NCBI GenBank assembly: GCA_964016885.1
Contig: CAXHJY010000177.1
Coordinates: 28,055-92,054, forward strand
Source of the DNA: Eledone cirrhosa
Lineage: Eukaryota
Length of the DNA: 64,000 nucleotides
Direction: 5' to 3'
The position numbers and the translations under genes were made by a program. The notes under the pieces are model-generated. The model worked only from the letters and a program-made list of their open reading frames with translations, did no database searches and was not told where the DNA came from. This document shows positions 12,408-25,499 of this stretch, one piece after another (the first letter of the stretch is position 1; every line of letters starts with the position of its first letter).

Positions 12408-13955
12408 GTAAGGAGGTGTGAAGATGTGTGGAATGTATCTGTATATGTGTGTATGTATATATTCTGATGTATTGTGTGTACTCTGGCAGAGAACAGTAGT
12501 AGGGAGGTCTGGAGACGTATGGAATGTATTTGTGTGTGTATATTGGTGCAAGTATGTGTGCACTGTGGCAGAGAACAGTGGTAAGGGTGTGTGGAGATGT
12601 GTGTAATGTATTTGTATGTGCAGTGATGTAAGCATATCTATAGACTATATTGCACATTTATGTGTGTGTGTGTGTTGATGTAAGCATGCGTGTATAGACT
12701 ATATTACACATTGCAGCATGTTATGGTTAATTGTATATCTAAAGTTTGTCTCAAGCCCGGAGGCTCATCAGGTCGGTGCTTATCCCGGTTTCTGTGGCTT
12801 CAAGCGACCGAGAGTACAAGACTTCCCCCTAAACAGGACGCCAATTGATTGCAGGGTTAAACTCCCAGCTATTGGTGGCACTCAATCTTCAGCTGAGTAT
12901 ACTGCAGCAACATGAAATGAAGTGTTTTGCTCAAGAACATAACACACAACCAAGTCTAACATTATGATCATAGGAGTGCAGTGTAACATTTTGACAATGT
13001 TAAACTCTTTCTATGCAAAATGTTCACTTGAGGTAATTTCCTTCAGTTGTATTGTGAAGGCACGTGACTTAGTGGTTGGGGTATTCAGCTCACGATCATG
13101 AGGTTGGGAGTTCAATTCGTGGCAGTGCATTATGTCCTTGAACAAGACACTTTATTTCACATTGTTCCAGTCCACTCAGCTGGCAACAACGAGTTGTAAC
13201 TTTAGTTTGAAAGGCCAGCCTTATCACATTCTGTGTCAAGCTGAATCTCCCTGAGAATTATGTTAAGGGTGTGCATGTCTGTGGAATGTTATTTCATTGA
13301 TTGTATCAACTGGAACACTCATTCTCATAACTGATGGAGTGCCTTCATTGTCGATAGACTTTAATGATAGTTATTAGCTTAGTGCTTAGAGAGTTGGATT
13401 CACAATCGTGAGGTTGCGAGTTCGATTCCTGTACTGGGTGATGCATTATGTCCCTGAGCAAGATACGTTACTCCTTCTGCCAGGAGTTGTGATCAGTAGA
13501 TAGTATCAGCAATTGGAAAGACCAATTGAAACATTATTTCTTTGGTTTGATCTGACAAGTTCCACCCTACTCGAGTTGACTTTTAGAATGAAGTTGAAAG
13601 ATTTGTTGATGTTAGTTAGAATAATACATGTGGTTCGTTTTTATTTGTGGAAGCCATGTTGTTTTGTGTGTCTAGGCCTAGTGATAGGGGCGTTGGACTT
13701 ACGGTCATAATGTTGTGGGTTTGATTCCTGGACTTGGTTGTGTTCTAGAGCAAAATACTAGATTTCACATTGCTCTAGTATACTCAGTAGCTGGGGGTTT
13801 AACCCTATGATGGACTGGTATCCTGTCCAAGGGGAAGTCTTATACTTTCATTCGCTTAACCCTTTAACATTTAAACCGGCCATATCCGGTCAGAATTCTC
13901 TCACCCGTTTCTGTTCAAACCGGTCGTAACTGGCCGCACATGCCAACATTAAGGT

Positions 13956-15585
13956 TGGGTCTCCCCACTCTGCGGTTTCCATCGACTTCTAGTGCTCTGC
14001 ACCTTTTTATGCAGCTGTCATCCTTCATACGCATCACATGTCCATACCAGCGCAACCGCCTCTCCTGCACACAGCATTTGATTCCTCTTATGCTCAGTCT
14101 CTCTCTCAATTCATTTATGCTTTGTCATTCACGTATATTACTGTTACACATCCATCGGAGCATGCAGGCTTCGTTTCTCTCTAATCTACGTAAGTCTTCC
14201 ACCTTCAGCGCCCAGGTCTCACTACCATGCAACATTGCTGTTCGGATACATGCATCATACAGTCTGCCTTTCATTCTGAGGGAGAAGCCTTTTGCAGCTA
14301 ACAGTGGTAGTAGTTCCCTAAACTTCTTCCATCCCGTTATTACCCTAGTTATTGTACTTTCTGAACACCCACCTCCGCTGCTAATTCGGTCACCTAGGTA
14401 GCAGAAGCTGTCTACTGTTTCTACAGAGCCCTCCCAGAGATTGGTGGTACTTGTTTCCTGTGGCTGTTTGCTGCTTGCTGTCCCAGCACAGCTGCTGCAT
14501 GTGAAGCCTACATTCTTAATTAAGCTTCCTGAGATCCCGCTACATCTCTTGTGTACCCATTGTTTGCATTTGGGGCAGAGAATGGAGTTCCTACCTACAC
14601 CTTTCCTACATACTGAGCAAGGCCATTTCCCTGAGGGGATCTGGGTTCTGTTTTCTCGTCTACTTACAAGGACCTTAGTCTTTGTCATGTTGACTTTGAG
14701 ACACTTTCTTTCTAGTCCCTGCTTCCAAGTTTGGAATTTATTCTCTAGTTCTACCATAGATTCAGCTATGAGTGCGAGGCCATCAGCATACAGGAGTTCC
14801 CATGGGCATCCGGTCTTAAACACCTCCGTTATTGCCTGCAGGACTATGATGAACAGGAGGGGGCTAAGAACAGAGCCCTGGTGGACCCCAACCTGTACGC
14901 TAAATTCCTCGCTATACTCATTGCTAATCCTAACTTTGCTGACTGCTCCCCTATACATGGCTTGTACCGCTTTCACAAGCCATTCATCTACCCCTAGTTT
15001 TCTAAGAGCCTACCAGATTGCAGCACGTGGAACTCTGTCAAAGGCTTTCTCAAGGTCGACAAATGCCAAGTAGAGTGGCTTACTTTTAGCTAGGTACTTT
15101 TCCTGTAACTGCCTCACAGGAAGAGGGCATCAGTGGTGCCTCTTCCTGGTACAAACCCAAATTGCATCTCGTCTATTTTCACCCGGTCCCTAATCAACTG
15201 TGCTATAACTCTTTCTGTTACTTTCATGACCTGGTCCATCAACTTTATACCTCTATAGTTTCCTCTATCTAGTGCATCGCCTTTACCTTTGTAGCAGTTG
15301 ACAATGATGCTACTGCACCAATCTTTTGGTATGACACCTTCTAGTATTACCTGGTTAACAATACGTGTGGTTATAGTGTGACCTACAGACCCAGATGCCT
15401 TCAGCATCTCGGCAGCTATACCCGATGGACCGGTTGCCTTCCCCATCTTCATATCTTTGATTGCCTTACTTACTACGTTGCTGCTGACTTGTACTGCTGG
15501 CCCCTCTATAGGGTCTACTTGGGGTAGGGTCTCTTCTTCCCATGCATTCTCCTCATTTAGTAATCTATCATAATGACTCTTCCAA
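13956..15585 (-). mobile_element. RTE-clade LINE fragment with PHD-like finger inside RT, intronic
   Basis: ORFs 15114-15452, 14125-14976 and 13915-14109: GKATGPSG, NYRGIKL, QFGF, VGVHQGSVLSP, YADG (YADD mutated), CSVC...C..C...H..C...CSSC, RRLRWYGHV. Confidence 0.92.
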
Positions 15586-15968
15586 TGTGAATGTTAAACG
15601 TCCAGCCTGATAAACCTCCAGGCTCAAGACAGAGTTTAGACTTTTAAGTGTTTATGTTTAAGATTTATAAGTAGTATGGTGGTTTGTGTGTAGAGGTGTG
15701 TGTTAGTGTTGTGAATTGGAGTGGAAACCAAGTTTGTGTGTGTGTATGTATGGTTTATTAGTAGTATGGTGGTTTATAAGTAATTATCGATGATGATTGT
15801 GGTTTGTGTGTAGAGGTGTGAGTCTGGGTTGTGAAATGAAGTGAGGTCAAGTATATGTGGATGTGAGGGATGATGAATCTGTGGATGTTGATATTTGTGA
15901 TAAGTTGTTTGTTGAGCAATCAGTTTGTTGCTATTAAACTGATACCCTGTTTGATACTCCTTTTTCAG

Positions 15969-16086
15969 GAGAAAAATATGTCTGTATAAAGGCCTTTGAA
16001 CCTGAGGGTCCTGATGATCATTCTTTGAGAGTTGGGGTAATAGTGGAACTCATCCAGAAGAATCTTGATGGATGGTGGTGGGTGAG
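15969..16086 (+). CDS. SH3PXD2: SH3PXD2-like exon, N-half of SH3 #2
   Basis: ttttcAG at 15967-15968 and GTGAG at 16087. Phase 1/2. Reads (G)EKYVCIKAFEPEGPDDHSLRVGVIVELIQKNLDGWWWV, matching the Tks SH3-2 pattern EKY...KNLEGWW. Confidence 0.9.
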
Positions 16087-16802
16087 GTGAGAAAAATCTC
16101 CTGTATCGCATCATATTGCCACTTATTTTAACCCTTTTAACAATTTTTTTTTTTTTTTTTTTTTTTAAAGATTAACATCCTGATATCTGACTTCACCATT
16201 TCTTTCCATGTCTTATTTAATCTTTAATCTTCCTACTGTAAGTACACTCCACACATCACTCATCACAAGTCTCTCAAAATATTCAACACTTGTATTATAT
16301 AATCATTGCTGCTGTGTTTACAATATACACGGCTAATGCCTTATCATTCAAAACCCATTCATTTACATCATATAATCATTGCTGTGTTTACTGCACATAC
16401 ACAGCTAATACCTTATCACTCAAAACACTCAACATTCATATCATATAACCATTGCTGTTGTGTTTACTACACACTTACCCAGCTAATGCCTTTAATACTT
16501 TAATACCCAGCTGACCTTTCTACTCACTTGTAAGCAGCAGTTTTAACAACACAATAACAATTCACATCCTATAAATCGTATAAGACTCATTCTCTTTAGC
16601 CTCTTCAGTATTAACACTTTTTTGCACATGCATCATTTTTGCTGATTTACATATGCTCGCCTTATTTCAACAGAGTTTGCAATTTACAATGTATACATTC
16701 TTTATTTTATTCTCATCTTCTTAAGTTCCTTTTTCTCCCTACCAAGCATTGAACGAGTTTCATCCTTTCTATAGAAATTTTGATTAATGGAGCTAAGATT
16801 GA

Positions 16803-17090
16803 GTGGAGGTGCATGGCCTAGTCATTAGAGTGTTGAATTTGTGATCATAATGTCATGGGTTTGATTCCTCGACTGGGTTGTGTGTTGTGTTCTTGAGCAA
16901 AACACTTCATTTCACATTTCTCCAGTATACTCAGCTGAAAATGAGTATCAGCAATAGCTGGGGGTTTAACCCTATGATGGACAGGCGTCCTGTCCAGGGT
17001 GGAGTCTTGTACTCTCAGTTGCTAAATACTATGGAAACCTAGACAAGCACTGGCCTGATGAGTTTCCAGGCTTGAGACAGACTTTTTTTT
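16803..17090 (+). mobile_element. tRNA-derived SINE (third tail type; also about 12745-12960 -, 13670-13856 +, 19245-19517 -)
   Basis: Same head and core, tail ctgggggtttaaccctatgatggac...gagacagac. Confidence 0.8.
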
Positions 17091-19579
17091 AGAGATAAGA
17101 TTGCTAGCCTCAGGCTCCATCCCTCTTCAACACAGACCAAAAACCAACTTAGTGTTTCAAAGTCAAGATAAAATGAAGTTCTAGTTGTGTACTGGGATTG
17201 ATATAATGGACTTTTTCCTCTCCTCCCAAAATTGCTGGCTTTGTGCTGTTGGAAAGAATCATTTAGTCAACAAATTAGAAGTGATTAAAAACAAGGTGCT
17301 GTGAGTGACGTTCAATTGGTGAAAGTAGGGTGCAATCATATAATGTCTGAACATTGTTGACTTGTAGAGTTATGTTGAACAGCTGTTGTCATATGTAGGA
17401 TCATCATCACTGTTTAACATCTATTTTCCATGCTTCCATTGGTTAGACAGGCTGTCAAGTTATGAGACTAGAACAGGTCAGGTCAAGTGATCATGTCTTG
17501 CTCACACTCTATGTTTTTGGCTTGGTTTTCTATGACTGGATGTCCCTTTCTAATGCCAACCATATTACAGTGATGGATCTGGTTATTATTTGTGTTCATT
17601 GTAAAAATTGCCCTGGAAGGCAGGCAGGTAGTTTTCCCCCGTCTTGTGAATATAGCAAAATAGGTAAAGTTGACCTCAGCAAGATTTGAACTCAGAACAC
17701 ATTGTTATTAGATCATAGATTTGAACTCAGAACACATCAATGTTATTAGATCATAGGTTGTGTGGTAAATGATTAAAAGGACTGAGGATAGATACTTTCC
17801 TCATAAGCCAAGCCCTCATCCAAGTTCTACTTAGAGAGGACAGTGAGGAGAATGAAATAAGTGGTGCCCTCTAAGTAAAGTTGTTGAAAGGTGGATGAGA
17901 GTGACAGGTAAAGATGGCCAAGTTGATTGGGCTTCTCTCAACATTCATTTGTAGGTTGGAGAACACAGCTGGGAGAGTGCACTTTCCTTTTATAACACAA
18001 GATTTATGAGTTTTCCTGATTGCTGTCACTCTATGGGGACATTTCATTTTATTTCCTTTTCTACTATAATTTTTCTGACTTTTTTCTCTTTGATTCTATG
18101 AAAACTTTCTCTGTTTTTCTAATTTATCCTTTCAAAGTCCCCTCATTAAGTTATCCTTGTGGTAGATAGAAAGAATTATCAATAGACAAAATAATTGTTT
18201 CTACTTTAGGCACAAGGCCAGCAATTATCCCAGTGTATCACTGGTACTTTATTTTATCGACCCCGTAAGGATGAAAGGCAAAGTCAACCTCGGCGGGATT
18301 TGAACTCAGATCGTAAAGGGACGTAACTATGCTGGAAAGCATGGCGTCCGACCCTCTACCGATACTGCCAATCCACCGTCAATAGACAAAATAATATTAA
18401 TAATAATGGTTTTTTTTCTTTTGGAACAAGGCCAGCAACCCCCCCCCCCCCCTCCCCAGTGTATTACTGGTGCTTTATTTTATCGACCCGCAAGGATGCA
18501 AGGCAAAGATAACCTCGGTGGAATTTGAACTCAGAACGTAAAGGGCCACAACTCTGTGTTGCAAAGCATGGCGTATGACGCTCTACCGATACTGCCAAAC
18601 CACCGCCCTTATGGTGGTTGGTAAAGTAGCAGCAATGCACCAGAGTCAATTTAATTGACTTTACCCTTCCCCAAAATTGATGGCCTTGTGTCTAAATCAG
18701 AAACCAGGCAGTGAATTGGTAGTATCGGTAGAGGACAGACGCCATGCTTTGTAGCATAGAGTTATGCCCTTTTATGATCTGAGTTCAAATCCCACAAATT
18801 GCTGGCCTTGTGCCTATATAAGAAACGATTATTATTCCTGTTTCCAATAGTTTCTACTGTGCCACCAGGTGCAAACGTGTTCCAAAGAGGAGGCGGGGGT
18901 GGTCAGTATTATGTTATATGGGTGTAGAGCTGTGTTTATATGCAACATTTGTTTTCCCATATTGTGAAGCTTGTTTTGTTATTTCTGTTGTTATATTAGT
19001 GTTTCGATTGTGATGCGAGTTATTTTATTGTGTGATGGTTGTATATTGTATGTGAGTTGTGGTATTTTGTTGTGTTATGTGACTTTCACAATGCTCTGTG
19101 TTAAGATACTATCAACATTTAAATTAACAAACCCATTTTTAGATATTTTATGCTAACTCTTTACAGGAAGTTAAGAGTTAATTACATTTAGAAGATCATA
19201 CTTTTTTTATGCTAGTTGGTAAAAAAATCTGTAAAAAAAAAAAAGGTCTGTCTTGAGCCCGGATGTTCATCAGGCCAGTACTTATCCCAGTTTCCATGAC
19301 ATTAAGCAACTGAGAGTCCTCTGGACAGGATGCCAGTCAATCACTGAGTTAAACCCACAGCTATTGCTGCTGTTACTCATTTTCAGCTGAGTATACTGAA
19401 GCAATGTGAAATGAAGTGTTTTGCTCAAGAACACAACACACAACCCAGTCCAGAAATCGAACCCATGACATTAGATCATATGGCCAACACCCTTACCACT
19501 AGGCCGCATGCTGCCACGCTTATAATTATAAACTGTGCTTATTCAGGAGAAATTTTTTCTTTTTTGTTATCTTTCACAG

Positions 19580-19952
19580 CATTAATGGCAAAGCTGGTTG
19601 GGCTCCAGCCACATGTCTTCAATTGGCTGAGAAACATATCCAAGATAAACTTGATAGACTTGATAACCTTGGTTCTGGTCCTATAGAAACAATCAGCAAC
19701 CTATCAGAAGTGAGCGATTTACTGAAAGGCCAGCTAACAGGTGTTGGTAATACCCACATTATTTCAGTTGATAGTGAGGCTATTAAACCGAAAAGCGCAA
19801 GTTTCAATAATGATTATGAAAGTGATGAATTTTCTGATGATGATGACAATTACGACAAGGATGAGGAAGAAAATTATTATAGTTGTATCACCTATGCTCC
19901 AGCCCCTAAACGCAGAAATACTTACAAAGACATGAAAAATTCTTCACTTAAG
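19580..19952 (+). CDS. SH3PXD2: SH3PXD2-like exon, C-half of SH3 #2 plus acidic linker
   Basis: ttcacAG at 19578-19579 and GTAATT at 19953. Phase 2/0. Reads (S)INGKAGWAPATCLQLAEKHIQ...DDDDNYDKDEEENYY...NSSLK. Confidence 0.88.
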
Positions 19953-20104
19953 GTAATTTACTATGTATCATCATCATTTAGCATGCATGGGTTAGATGGG
20001 CTTTCATGTTTCGAAACTAGACAGGTCAGGTGACATCTTGTCCATACGTTCCTTTTTCGGTTGGTTTTCTACTGCTGGATATCCTTCCTAACACCAACCA
20101 CATA

Positions 20105-20670
20105 GCGTGTATTGGGAGATTTTGTTGTGTCACCGACACTACCACCTTACAGGGTGTACTGGGTGATTGTGTTAAAGCACCAACACTACCACCTTAAGGG
20201 TGTACTGGGAGATTTTGTTGTGGCACCGACACTACCACCTTACTGGGTGATTGTGTTGAAGCACCAACACTACCACCTTACAGGGTGGACTGTGTGATTT
20301 TGTTGTGCCACCAACACTACCACCTTACAGAGTGGACTGGGTGATTTTGTTGTGGTACCAACACTACCACCTTACAGGGTGGACTGGGTGATTTTTTTTT
20401 TTGTAGCACAAACACTACCACCTTACAGGGTAGACTGGGTGATTTTGTTGTAGCACAAACACTACCACCTTACAGGGTGGTCTGAGTGTTTCTGTCATAG
20501 CATCAGCACAGTGAACTGGGTGCTTTTTGTTGTGGCACCAACACTACCACCTTACATGGTGGACTGGGTGCTTTTTGCTGTGACACCAACACTACCACCT
20601 TACAGAATGGATTGGGCGTTTTTTGCTGTGGCACCAACATTACCACCTTACATGGTGGACTGGGTGCTTT
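20105..20670. repeat. about 47-48-bp minisatellite grown from an RTE/SINE 3' UTR motif
   Basis: Unit gggtgattttgttgtggcaccaacactaccaccttacagggtggact, about 11 copies, adjoining an RTE-type tail at 19966-20100. Confidence 0.85.
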
Positions 20671-20784
20671 TGAAACAAATAATAGCACAAGAAAATTTTA
20701 ACAAATTTTCAATTCATTAATAAACGCTTATAAAATGTATACATTGTTTGATCAGGTTTTTCACTGATATTTTCTCTTCCTTAG

Positions 20785-22491
20785 ATCAATGAAAACCATT
20801 ATTATGGCTTCCCAGAAGCGACATCTAATACTTGTTCAGATGAAGATAGCAATTTAGAGTCCCTGAACACTGTCAAGGGCGTTCTTAAACCCAACTTAGA
20901 AAATGTGACAACTTCTGGCAAGGAGCAGAAATCTGATAAGAATTTTACTGATGAACTTCAATCAAAAATTAACCGCAACAGTGCTAACATAAGTGCATCT
21001 GGTAAAAATGGTGGTGCACTACGACCAAAAGCCACACCACCACCCCCTCCTAAACGTCCAGCTTTTCCAACTCCTAAGAAGAAGATATCTCCAAAAGTAT
21101 CAAGTGCGCCTGGAAGAAACGCACCTGATCCCCATCCACCCAGCACTGAAACTGTAAAAGTGTTGCCAAATGCAGCAAGTGAATCAAACTTGTCCAATGA
21201 ACTTCAGACAAAATTGAACAAATTGAAGAAACAACAACAGACATCTAAACCAAATTCTACAGCATCACCGCTCAAATATGGTGATGTAAAGCAGCCGACC
21301 CTTGCAAAACCACTCATTCCTAAAGATAAACCTACTGCAAAAAATGTCTCCCTTCTCTCACCACCACCACCACCACCATCATCATCAGTGGCTAAATCAC
21401 TGAAACAGAAATCAAACATCTCAAGTAATTTTCAACACAACATTATCAAATCAAAAGAGAGAGAAACTGAGTCAAAGGAAAAAGATAGTGTATTGTCTAA
21501 TGTACCTAAACTTGCAGATAAGATTGCCAAATTTCAGAATCCGGTTGGAATTACAGATGAAGACGTAAATACAGGAAATAACCGAGGTCTGAATTTGTTG
21601 AAACGGCAACAAGAAAAGCATAAATTTGAAGGATCTAATTTACAGGATAATGTCAGTGAAATAAATTCTTCTAAATTAAAACATATTACTGATACTAAAC
21701 CGCCATTCCCTTACATACCCCAGAAACCAATAGTTCCCAGCAAAGCTGCTCTGAAACCCCCAGGCATTAAGCCTAAAACTACCCCCCTAAAACCGAAATT
21801 AAATGAAAATTTGACTCACAGCAATGACCACAGAACAAAGACCCCTCTATATCAAACTCAGAAATTAACACCTGGTCTAAAACCAGCATCACTACAAGTT
21901 GATAATAATTTGACTGTTCAGCAGCAATCTTCTCCAAGGAATAACCTAGTTGAAAAAACAGCAGATGGTGCTGAAACCAAGTATCAAGCTAATCGTATCT
22001 ACCAAGCAGAGAATGATGAAGAGATTAGCTTTCGCCATGGGGATTCCATTGAAGTGTTGGAGAAAGACAAGTCAGGTTGGTGGCTGGTGAGAGTTGGCAC
22101 CAAAGAAGGCTGGGCACCCTCAAATCACATTGAAGAAATGAAACCAGCAAATAACCGTAAGTCAATTCCTCCTAAGAAACCGCTTCCCAAATTACCACCA
22201 GAAAGCCCTGGCCAGAATACGTTACATTCTAACAACAATAACTGGAATAACACTTCAACGAGTTGTAGACAAGATGACAACAGCAAGGATAACAGTGGAA
22301 TGGCAGCTGACTGCCAATATATAGTCTTGGAAGATTTCAGTGCTTTTGGTGACGAAGAACTGTCTGTGGAGGAAGGAATGTATGTGACTGTAATAGACAA
22401 ATCTAACAATGATTGGTGGTATGTTTCACTGAAGTCTGATGAGGAAGGATGGGTTCCTGCAAACTGTATAAGCACTGTACATGATGTGTGA
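20785..22491 (+). CDS. SH3PXD2: SH3PXD2-like terminal exon: Pro/Lys-rich linker with PxxP motifs, SH3 #3 and SH3 #4
   Basis: cttAG acceptor at 20783-20784, in frame (40 codons) with ORF 20905-22491. Two SH3 domains (YQANRIY...GWWLVR...EGWAPSNHI; YIVLEDF...DWWYV...EGWVPANCI), then TGA stop. Confidence 0.92.
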   Translation: MNENHYYGFPEATSNTCSDEDSNLESLNTVKGVLKPNLENVTTSGKEQKSDKNFTDELQSKINRNSANISASGKNGGALRPKATPPPPPKRPAFPTPKKKISPKVSSAPGRNAPDPHPPSTETVKVLPNAASESNLSNELQTKLNKLKKQQQTSKPNSTASPLKYGDVKQPTLAKPLIPKDKPTAKNVSLLSPPPPPPSSSVAKSLKQKSNISSNFQHNIIKSKERETESKEKDSVLSNVPKLADKIAKFQNPVGITDEDVNTGNNRGLNLLKRQQEKHKFEGSNLQDNVSEINSSKLKHITDTKPPFPYIPQKPIVPSKAALKPPGIKPKTTPLKPKLNENLTHSNDHRTKTPLYQTQKLTPGLKPASLQVDNNLTVQQQSSPRNNLVEKTADGAETKYQANRIYQAENDEEISFRHGDSIEVLEKDKSGWWLVRVGTKEGWAPSNHIEEMKPANNRKSIPPKKPLPKLPPESPGQNTLHSNNNNWNNTSTSCRQDDNSKDNSGMAADCQYIVLEDFSAFGDEELSVEEGMYVTVIDKSNNDWWYVSLKSDEEGWVPANCISTVHDV

Positions 22492-22560
22492 AAAACGATA
22501 GAATCATTTGAAACTGTTTTGTCTCTTTTATATTACTGTACCTTGACAGTAAAATGCCCA

Positions 22561-22566
22561 AATAAA
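22561..22566 (+). promoter_or_regulatory. candidate polyadenylation signal of SH3PXD2-like gene
   Basis: AATAAA 70 nt after the stop, followed by a GT/T-rich stretch. Confidence 0.55.
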
Positions 22567-23269
22567 TACTGTATAATATGTAGTTTGTTCTTTACTTGCT
22601 GAGTTAATTTTGGTGATACCAGTAATATACCAAAGTCAATTCAATTTTATATATATATATACTCTCCTCTTCCATATTTTCATGTATTTCTTGTTCTGTC
22701 TTGGGCTTATTCTAATCATCATCATTTTGCATATGTTGGAAACCACTAATTGTGTATAGTCAAGTCAGCTAGGGATGGCAAAAACATATGTGATTAGGTC
22801 CTGTTTATAATAGATTATATTATTGTCCAAGCTAATTACAATAATTATGTTCAACCCAATCCAGGGATTTTTCACTCCTGTTTGAGGAACCCCTCTCGGA
22901 TTGACCTCCATTGCTTTCTGTTTGGTTTTAATCATGTCCGGAATGTAGCTGTACTTACCACACTTGGCCACTTGTGGGTTGGTGGAGCCATTTAACCCAT
23001 AGTTGGGGTGGATGGCCATTGACTCTGAGGAGTTCATCCGCTCTTTTAACAGGTCTTCTTTTTTTGTGTTGCTGGTGTTCTTCTTACCCTCCTCATTAGA
23101 CCAGTGTCTTGTGGGGAGCTGGTTTAGTCACCAAGTACTCAACCATGAAGCAGCTCATACTGAGTTACATGGTACCAGTAGCAGACATAAATTTTATTCT
23201 TTACTTGCTGACTTGATTATCTGGTGGATTCTTAGAAAACTTGGAGTAGTGAGTGGCTTATGAATATAG

Positions 23270-24693
23270 TATAAGCCATATATAGAGAAACAGTCAGCAA
23301 GGTTAGAATTAATAATGTCTATAGTGAAGAATTTAGCATGCAGGTAGGAGTACATCAAGGTTCTATTCTTAGCCCTCTCCTGTTTATTATTGCCCTGCAG
23401 GCATAACAGAAGAGTTTATGACTGGCTGCCCATGAAAGCTTCTGTATGCTGATGATCTAAACCTTATAGCTGAATCTATGGCATAACTAGAGAGGAAATC
23501 CAAACCTGGAAGCTTGGCCTAGAATCTAAAGGTCTTACAGTCAACTTGGCAAAGACCAAAGTCCTAGTATGTAGAAAGGATAACAAGGCCCAGATTCCCT
23601 CAGGGAAATGGCCTGGCTCAGTGTGCGAGTAGTAGAAATTCCATTCTATGTCCCAAATGCAAGCTATGGGTACATAAAAGATGTAGTGGGATCACAGGTA
23701 GGCTATCAAAGAACATAGATTTTTTTTTATGTGGCCGATGCACTAGTGTAGTAAGTAGCAAGTGCCCACAGGGTTCTGTAGAAATAATTGACAATTTCTG
23801 TTACCTGGGTAACAAAACCAGCAGTAGAGGAGGGTGTACTGAAAGGACAGTAGCCAGATTAAGGACAGAATGGAAAAAGTTCAGGGAGCTAATACTGCTG
23901 TTAGTTACTAAAGGTTTTTCCCTTAAAATGAAGGGCAGATTGTACAATGCATGTATACAAACCGCAATGTTACACAGAAGTGAAACCTGGGTACTCTGAA
24001 GATTGGAAAGAAATGAAGCATGCTTGCGCCAATGGATGTATAATAGTAATATACATGAACGGTAAAGTGTAAATGAACTGAAAGAGAAATTAGGCGTAAG
24101 AGGTATCAGATGCAGTATGCTAGAGGAGATTGTGTTGGTATGGTCATGTGATATCTATGAAGGATGAAAGCTATATAAAAAGGTGCAGGACAAAGTTGAC
24201 GGAAGCTATGGAGTAGGAAGATCCAGGAAAGCCTGGGATGAGGTGATAAAAGCTGACCTTGCACAATTGCACCTCTCAAAGACAATGACACAGGATCGAG
24301 ATCTTTGGCATTATGCAGTAATACAGAAGACACATTTTTCCATGCACACAGACGGAAACATACATTTCGTAAGCACCTCTTAACCATTATTCTCCCTCCC
24401 CTTTCCATACACCTCTCACGCCCTAACACCCCATCCACCCACGTCTATCACACCACTCTTACACTATAAAGTTTTGTTGGTGGCACAACAAAAAGCACCC
24501 AGCCCACACTAAAGTAGTCGTGTAGAAGTCATGACAAAAAGCATCCAGCACACACTAAATATGGTTGGCTTTAGGAAGGGCATCCAGCTGTAGAAATCTA
24601 GCAAGACAGAATCACCTGACCCAACTTGCTTCTAATGGGACAACCCATCTAAGCCATGCTAGCGTGGAAAATGGACGTGAAACAATGATGATG
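23270..24693 (+). mobile_element. degenerate RTE LINE 3' half with (GAT)n tail
   Basis: Nucleotide similarity to 13956-15585 (caggtaggagtacatcaaggttct, gctgatgat, gggaaatggcc), many stops, tail at about 24686. Confidence 0.85.
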
Positions 24694-25275
24694 AAAATTC
24701 CCCTCTGAGGCACAAGTCTGGGAAGACCAAGCAGTTGCCCATGCATACCTGTCTCACCTCTCTATGCCACCAATGTTGTTCAAGGCAAAGGTCTATATAG
24801 CTTGGCCCCATTGACGTCACAACTCTGTAACTGAGTAAACATGAAATAAAGTGTCTTGCTCAAGAACACAACGCATCACCCGGTCCGAAAATCAAACTCA
24901 ACCTCCCAATTGCAAGCCTAATATTTTAACCACTAACCCATGCGCCTTCAAATTATATAATATAGTATAATATATATATCTGTGTATATAATATATATAA
25001 ATCAGAATGGATGTAGTAAAAACCAGTTATAAAATTACTCACCAGAGTACTCAATACTTGGGGTAGTAAAGTGGGTAATATGAAAAAATTTGGAACCCTG
25101 CCGGCTGAGCTGCTGTTTTAACAGCTCGATCTGTATTTGGATCTAGCTGTTGAAACAGCAGGAGCTCAGCCATCAGGGTCCCAAATTTTTTCGTATATAA
25201 TATAAAATAATAAATATAAATCCATCTAACCCATGCTAGCGTGGAAAAGGGATTTTAAATGATGATATATATATA

Positions 25276-25439
25276 CAGTGAAATTCCATTATAACGAAAT
25301 TCACGGGGTATAAAAAAAATTTGTAATGAAAAATTCTTTATAACAAGATCGACCTAGCATAGGGCTGGGGATTGAAAATAATTTTGTTATACTGAAAAAT
25401 TTTGTTATAATAGTATTCATTATAACAGAATTTTACCTG
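25276..25439. mobile_element. Tc1/mariner-type MITE
   Basis: CAG...CTG termini with TIR-like aaattccattataac / ttataacagaatttt and TA flanks. Second copy at 35531-35665 in the opposite orientation. Confidence 0.7.
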
Positions 25440-25499
25440 TATATATATATGTGTGCATGGCCTGAAGCATACATCTTGTACACACTACTTTCTACCTCC

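Noticed and set aside
17054-17075. CTGATGAG motifs here and at about 7334 as hammerheads
   Set aside because: No downstream stem II-GAAA-stem III-UH arrangement
22765-23110. Minus-strand ORF with a GTAAG donor-like site
   Set aside because: No recognisable domain and no partner exon or acceptor found
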